Source of the DNA: an uncultured Haloferula sp.
GTDB taxonomy: Bacteria; Verrucomicrobiota; Verrucomicrobiia; Verrucomicrobiales; Akkermansiaceae
Length of the DNA stretch: 64,000 nt
Assembly: GCA_965652295.1 (NCBI GenBank)
Contig: CBFGTS010000002.1
Span: 160,001 to 224,000, forward strand
Direction: 5' to 3'
The number at the start of each line of letters is the position of its first letter. Position 1 is the first letter of the stretch. Below, one piece after another: positions 60,301 through 64,000 of the stretch. Below the pieces are notes generated by a model, which worked only from the letters and a program-made list of their open reading frames with translations, did no database searches and was not told the DNA's origin. A program made the translations under genes and the position numbers.

Positions 60301-62548
60301 CTCCGTCCACACCATCGAAGCCGCTCTCGTTTTCCTGAATCACGAGACCCGATCCAGCAACGAGCGGCACCAGCATGATGTTGTCGAAATACACCGACGA
60401 AGCACTGCTTCCATTCGCCCGGAACTCTATTGTGTTGAAACCGGCGTTCAAAGTCACCAGCCGGGTATCGACCGCCCATTCGCTATTGGACCCGGTCTGG
60501 ACGAAAAGCAGGTCGGCCACCTTCGAGCCGTTCACATAAAGATCGATACTTCCGACGTTCGACCCTGCGAGAGAATACCTCGTCTCCAGGCGATAAGTCC
60601 CCGCGCTCAGCACCCGCACCTGGTCCCTGACCGCCGCCGAGCCGTTCGTTCCCAGGCGCAGAAATCCCTGCCCCGTGAAGCCCACAACGCTTCCAGGAGC
60701 CGCATTCCAGTCGATGCCATCGATACTTTTGAAATCAAAACACTCGCCCTCATACTGCGCCGGACCGGGATAGAGCATCGGCGGCTCGGGAGCCTCGATG
60801 GTTGCGGGAGTGAAGTCGCTCAGTCGATTCGTCTCCGTCCCGCTGCAATGCACCGTGAGGTCCAGAGGGCCGTTGTGCGCAACGGTGAGCGTCAGCACGC
60901 CGCCCGACCAGCTTTCCGTCACCGTCGATGCCTGACTCCCACGATCGACACGCGACCACGTCGGCTTCGATGTGCTTCCGAAAATCTTGATCGTATCGGT
61001 CCGCAGCGCCGGATTGTCGGCGTCGAAATTGGTGAGATAAAAGGTAACCCGATCCGCGAACTCCTTCACCACACCAGAGCTGTACTGCGAAAGGCTCAAC
61101 TCCATCGCATCACAGGTGTTGTATCGGAAAGGAATGTTGCCCGTCGCCATCTGGTTCGTCTTGTAGGGGTTGTAAACCACCCAGCCGTTCTCGTGACGGC
61201 CCGCGTAGATGTCGCCGGTGTAGTCGGAGGGGAACAGACTGTTGAATTCCGCCACCTTCGAGGCCTGCGTCGGCCACCGGCTTGAATATGCCGAGCGGTT
61301 CACCTGCACCGCAAAGCTCTGCGAAAAATCGTCATTCAGACGATACACCGTGGGAATCGTCGGATACCGGCCTGTCTTCTTGAAAAAGGTCTTGTTGTTC
61401 TCGTAGGAACCGGAGCCATCCATGAGATACAAGCCGTCGAAGAGCGTCTCGGGCGTGCTGTAAATGGTATCCGCATCGCCGACATCCACATCGTTCACGA
61501 TGACCACCTTGGTGCGCTCGATCACCTCTTCCCTCGTCGGGATCCGCACCGTTCCATCGAGGATCTTGCGGAAGAGGTCCACGCTCATGTTGTCAAACTG
61601 CGGATAGGTTCCCCACCGCCGCATGGTGTAGCCCCCCGTCGTCGGTCCGTCGGAGAGTCCGCGAAAGCACTCGGTCCAGATCAGCTCCGGACCGTCGATC
61701 ACCGTCTGGCCCGTCAGCATCACGTGCTCCAGGTGCGGCGCCCCGTTCGTCGCGGAAGAAAAGTTGGCCGCTTCGCCGTTGGCATCGGTCCAGCCGGTGT
61801 CGTCATAGCGGATCCCGTACTGGCCGCTGTAGCCCGAGAGATACGCCCCCAAGCACAGGCTTTCCATGTCGTGCTGGTAGCCCTGCTGGGTGTATTTTTC
61901 GCACAAGATGAAGTTCTTGGTGTAGAGCCGAGCCGCCTGCTCGAAGGCCGGGTTGCGCTTCAGCATCGCCATCGGATTGATCGACGGGCTCCATTGGTTG
62001 CCGCACCAGCTCACCACCAGGTAGCCGCCATACCGATCGCCCAGCTCCAGCAAATTTGCGAAGTGCGTGATCCGGTCGATCCACGGCGGCGACAACGGCG
62101 GATCGTTGAAGCCCCAGAATTGCTCGGCGTAGTTGAACCCGATGAAGTTCGGATAGCTCCGGTAGAACTCCTCGTAGACCCCGAGGTCATCATCGCCGAA
62201 GTGATTGTAGCCCCCGCTGGCCTGCTGGATCATCGCCCACATGCGGTTCTCCGCGCACACCCGCAGCCACGATTTCGCCGTTTCGTAGCCGTTGCCCAGC
62301 CGCAGGAACTTGTCGTTGTCGTCGTGGTTGATCGACAGCGAAATGTTCATCACCACGAAGGGACGAATGTCCTGAGGAACGAGGTCGATGATTTTCTGCG
62401 GGTCCGGATAGTTCCACGTGTCGATGTGCACCAGCCACATCGGCTGGTTCGGCCCGATCGGCCGACGTGGAGGAGTGGGGTCCGTTGCGGCAGCGGCAGA
62501 CAAGACGCCCAGAAGAAGCAGTGCGAAAAGACGGAGGGTTACAGACAT
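57347..62548 (-). CDS. multimodular GH98 glycoside hydrolase (GH98 - 2x CBM35/6-like - FN3 - FN3 - DNRLRE-like - FN3 - LamG - MBG-like - C-terminal domain)
   Basis: Signal peptide; RRPI.P.QPMWL.HIDTWNYPDPQKIIDL.P.DIRP.VV.NISLS, NF.G.NYAEQFWG, LG.YLSGY...YG.R.D..GW (GH98-like); GFTG.GF and GYTG.GFANT.N CBM motifs; LSW.A..GA..Y...RS...GGPY FN3 repeats; DFTIATWV...RIFDFG LamG. Confidence 0.85.
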   Translation of the reverse strand: MSVTLRLFALLLLGVLSAAAATDPTPPRRPIGPNQPMWLVHIDTWNYPDPQKIIDLVPQDIRPFVVMNISLSINHDDNDKFLRLGNGYETAKSWLRVCAENRMWAMIQQASGGYNHFGDDDLGVYEEFYRSYPNFIGFNYAEQFWGFNDPPLSPPWIDRITHFANLLELGDRYGGYLVVSWCGNQWSPSINPMAMLKRNPAFEQAARLYTKNFILCEKYTQQGYQHDMESLCLGAYLSGYSGQYGIRYDDTGWTDANGEAANFSSATNGAPHLEHVMLTGQTVIDGPELIWTECFRGLSDGPTTGGYTMRRWGTYPQFDNMSVDLFRKILDGTVRIPTREEVIERTKVVIVNDVDVGDADTIYSTPETLFDGLYLMDGSGSYENNKTFFKKTGRYPTIPTVYRLNDDFSQSFAVQVNRSAYSSRWPTQASKVAEFNSLFPSDYTGDIYAGRHENGWVVYNPYKTNQMATGNIPFRYNTCDAMELSLSQYSSGVVKEFADRVTFYLTNFDADNPALRTDTIKIFGSTSKPTWSRVDRGSQASTVTESWSGGVLTLTVAHNGPLDLTVHCSGTETNRLSDFTPATIEAPEPPMLYPGPAQYEGECFDFKSIDGIDWNAAPGSVVGFTGQGFLRLGTNGSAAVRDQVRVLSAGTYRLETRYSLAGSNVGSIDLYVNGSKVADLLFVQTGSNSEWAVDTRLVTLNAGFNTIEFRANGSSASSVYFDNIMLVPLVAGSGLVIQENESGFDGVDGVVEDIHPGYTGPGFANTDNFSGAGLGYTLDFDSSPVKAFTFRYAGTDDRLAELRVDGQVLTTGIVFPSTGGWDRWELLTVYASVPSGVREIRLEAVSAAGLPNIDFVEVTGGEIWQSGEVPFQPLNLTAAPLMDGSIHLSWSAAAGAETYEMLRSSTSGGPYQVVASGLGGTTFTDSALAELTSYHWVVRAINGAGPSEPSSETSATTGSSHPPVAPTGLMAVAAAFDQIDLSWTASPGAESYIVRRAESAGGPFMEVAAGLSGTTFQDDRVDAGTTYYYRVSGFNLYGEGAHAGPAVATTPTTYRVEPIADTFARDGGDAGSNFGNDTRLAVKNDGTSGSIFNRNTFLKFDVSKLGQANNVVLKLTPDQVDGSPNLAYEWVENDTWSEYGLNWNNQPAGSGEIFARRSSYSVGQEFSLNVTDLVRREAAGDGVLSIRITDPTTSGIYVGYHSRDASSPTVRPALEGQMPVGPLPPLPPSEFVASRVSGSSVGLKWRASHRAESYSVKRSLQPGGPYVILASGLTDARFVDPDVVEGVTYYYVVSAAHEVGESINSDEVMAVAGTLHAHLRFDDGAGTVAADASGRGREGSLIAGPVWEPEPNGRVRGAIRLGGGSHVTFAPGVMSGLSDFTIATWVHLDSVGGWTRIFDFGSGTQTNMFLTPMTGNSNLVRFAITNGGAGGEQRIDGTGPLPTQSWTHVAVTLQGGVGTLFVNGAAVGTNSGMALTPAALGATTQNYIGRSQYADPALDGRVDDFRIYAIALSSGEIAELASMPQASIQLTDLAVNYTGSPRSVSVVTDPRGLGVEVTYDGSSSPPVVPGAYPVAASILDDDYQSSTTGVLTILPRDYRSWIASAFTASGLQSGLGAPSVDPDQDGLENFMEYALGSDPMEASPLPEMAITDAQLMLLFERPAFLADVAYVAESSQDLVTWDEVSLEVLNPGSDPESVRAAETFLDGPPESRFIRLRASQQAPHSFNLAPTDP

Positions 62549-62798
62549 GAATGGATGGGGACCGAACCCCGATGGGGTGCGGGATGGGTTTGCGGAAGGT
62601 GCACGCAGAAAGCCCCGGTTTCGAGCCGGGCGGGTTTCGCGAACCCCCTTCCTCATGACTAAATCGTTTAATTTGAGGATTGTCATTCGCCAGCGGATTC
62701 TCCTTTGTCACGAAAAATCGGTCATTGATCGCCGATGCCGGCGTCCGTTCCCCCGAGTCTCTGGTGATACGGTGTCCGACTTCGAACGTATTTCTGCC

Positions 62799-64000
62799 AT
62801 GACGCCTATTCCCCGAAGGAAATTCCTCGCCACGACCGCCGCCACCGCCGCCGCTCTTTCCTCCTCCCGCTTGAGCGCCGAGGCACCCGCCTCCCCCCAG
62901 CCGCTCCGGATCGGCCTGCTTGGCTGCGGGTGGTGGGGCCTCCTTGATGCCAAAGCGGCCCTCCAAGCGGGAGGCTGTGAAATCGTCGCGATCTGCGATG
63001 TCGATCGCGAACATCTCGACCGCGCCGCCGAGGAGTTCGAGAAAGCCCAAGGATCTCGGCCGGCGACCTTTGCCGATGATGCCAAGCTGCTGGCGTTCGA
63101 AGGACTCGACATCCTCATCCTTGCCACCCCGCCGCACTGGCACGCCCTTCCTTTCATCGAGGCGTGTCGCCGCAAGCTCGACATCTATTGCGAGAAACCC
63201 CTCGCCTACGACATCCGCGAAGGCCAGGCGATGGTCGAAGCCGCAAAACAGGCCGGAAACATCGTGCAGATCGGTTTTCAACGACGCCAGTCCACCGGTT
63301 TCTCCGGGGCGCGCGAGTTCATCCGCAGTGGCAAAGCCGGCCGCATCGGGTCCGTCGAGGCGCAGATCAACGTTCCGCTCCAAACGGAGGATCGGACGCC
63401 GATCGAGCCGCCCGCATCACTCGATTGGGACCGCTGGTGCGGACCCGCCCCCCTGCTTCCCTACAGCAAGGCGGTCGGACATTTCCACTGGCGTCAGGAA
63501 AAGACCACCGGCAACGGGCACCTCGTCGATTGGGGAATCCATTTGATCGATGCCGCGAGATGGATCCTCAACGCCGGCACTCCGGTCCATGTGCAATCCA
63601 CCGGCGGCCTCTATCATCTCGGCAAGCACATCACCACGCCTGATCTTCTCACCTCCCATTTCGAGTTCGCCGATTTCCCCCTCACCTGGCGGCACCGCGC
63701 CTGGGGTGCCCGGGATTTCCATCGCGAAACTGCGAACGGTCTCTTCCTCTACGGCGAGGACGCGACCGTCTTCTGCACCGACGATCGCTGGATCCTCCAA
63801 CCGCGTGAACGAGGCGCGGAGGAGCAAGTCCACGAAGCGAAGAACGACTCGCTCGGTCTTCACATGGTCGAGTTCCTCAAGGCCGTGCGCTCGCGCGGAA
63901 CCGTGTCGTGCCCGATCGAAGATGGCCACGCCTCGACCGTGGCGGTGAACCTCGCGATGATTTCCTACGAGACCGCATCGAAGATCACCTGGGACCCAGC
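62799..64000 (+). CDS. Gfo/Idh/MocA oxidoreductase with TAT signal (3' end runs off window)
   Basis: Manual translation: MTPIPRRKFLATTAA...LRIGLLGCGWWG...AICDVD...LATPPHWH...YCEKP...QIGFQRR...LDWDRWCGPAP...DWGIHLID. Confidence 0.9.
   Translation, partial: MTPIPRRKFLATTAATAAALSSSRLSAEAPASPQPLRIGLLGCGWWGLLDAKAALQAGGCEIVAICDVDREHLDRAAEEFEKAQGSRPATFADDAKLLAFEGLDILILATPPHWHALPFIEACRRKLDIYCEKPLAYDIREGQAMVEAAKQAGNIVQIGFQRRQSTGFSGAREFIRSGKAGRIGSVEAQINVPLQTEDRTPIEPPASLDWDRWCGPAPLLPYSKAVGHFHWRQEKTTGNGHLVDWGIHLIDAARWILNAGTPVHVQSTGGLYHLGKHITTPDLLTSHFEFADFPLTWRHRAWGARDFHRETANGLFLYGEDATVFCTDDRWILQPRERGAEEQVHEAKNDSLGLHMVEFLKAVRSRGTVSCPIEDGHASTVAVNLAMISYETASKITWDP

Overview
GC-rich bacterial chromosomal window. 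The gene repertoire (prenyltransferase-repeat protein, prepilin-type protein, DUF5069-like protein, MoxR/Bat operon, W-x-x-x-DP helical repeats, DPDxDG..EY..G.DP C-terminal domain) suggests a Verrucomicrobium of the Haloferula/Luteolibacter type; this is inference, not a database result. It is mostly housekeeping and accessory metabolism: aminotransferase (partial), RND permease, rnhB/yraN, can, rarA, a HipBA-type TA pair, kamA, moxR-DUF58-batABD-ppi, hisD, PNP, purD-pyrR-pyrB, two Ahb/NirJ-like radical SAM genes plus nnrS, tal, rimK/rimB-like, gatCA, an Fbp/Afu-type ABC transporter, two tRNAs and a GH98/GH95 glycan locus with a TAT oxidoreductase (partial). I saw no CRISPR array, integrase, transposase or rRNA. 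The most notable observations are: (1) an unannotated, highly structured ~135-nt RNA candidate at 10690-10827 (-) with three TTCCG..GGGGA motifs, two GNRA hairpins, a terminator and an upstream operator-like palindrome; (2) a tRNA-Leu with the rare A34 anticodon AAG; (3) a stand-alone tandem ApiAP2-like protein; (4) an AhbC-like/AhbD-like/NnrS cluster with no ahbAB in the window; (5) a giant modular GH98 coupled to a GH95; (6) RimK fused to a TrkA-C domain next to a RimB-like protease; (7) widespread leaderless or short-leader promoters. All family calls come from motif recognition by eye; many start codons were re-chosen relative to the ORF track.
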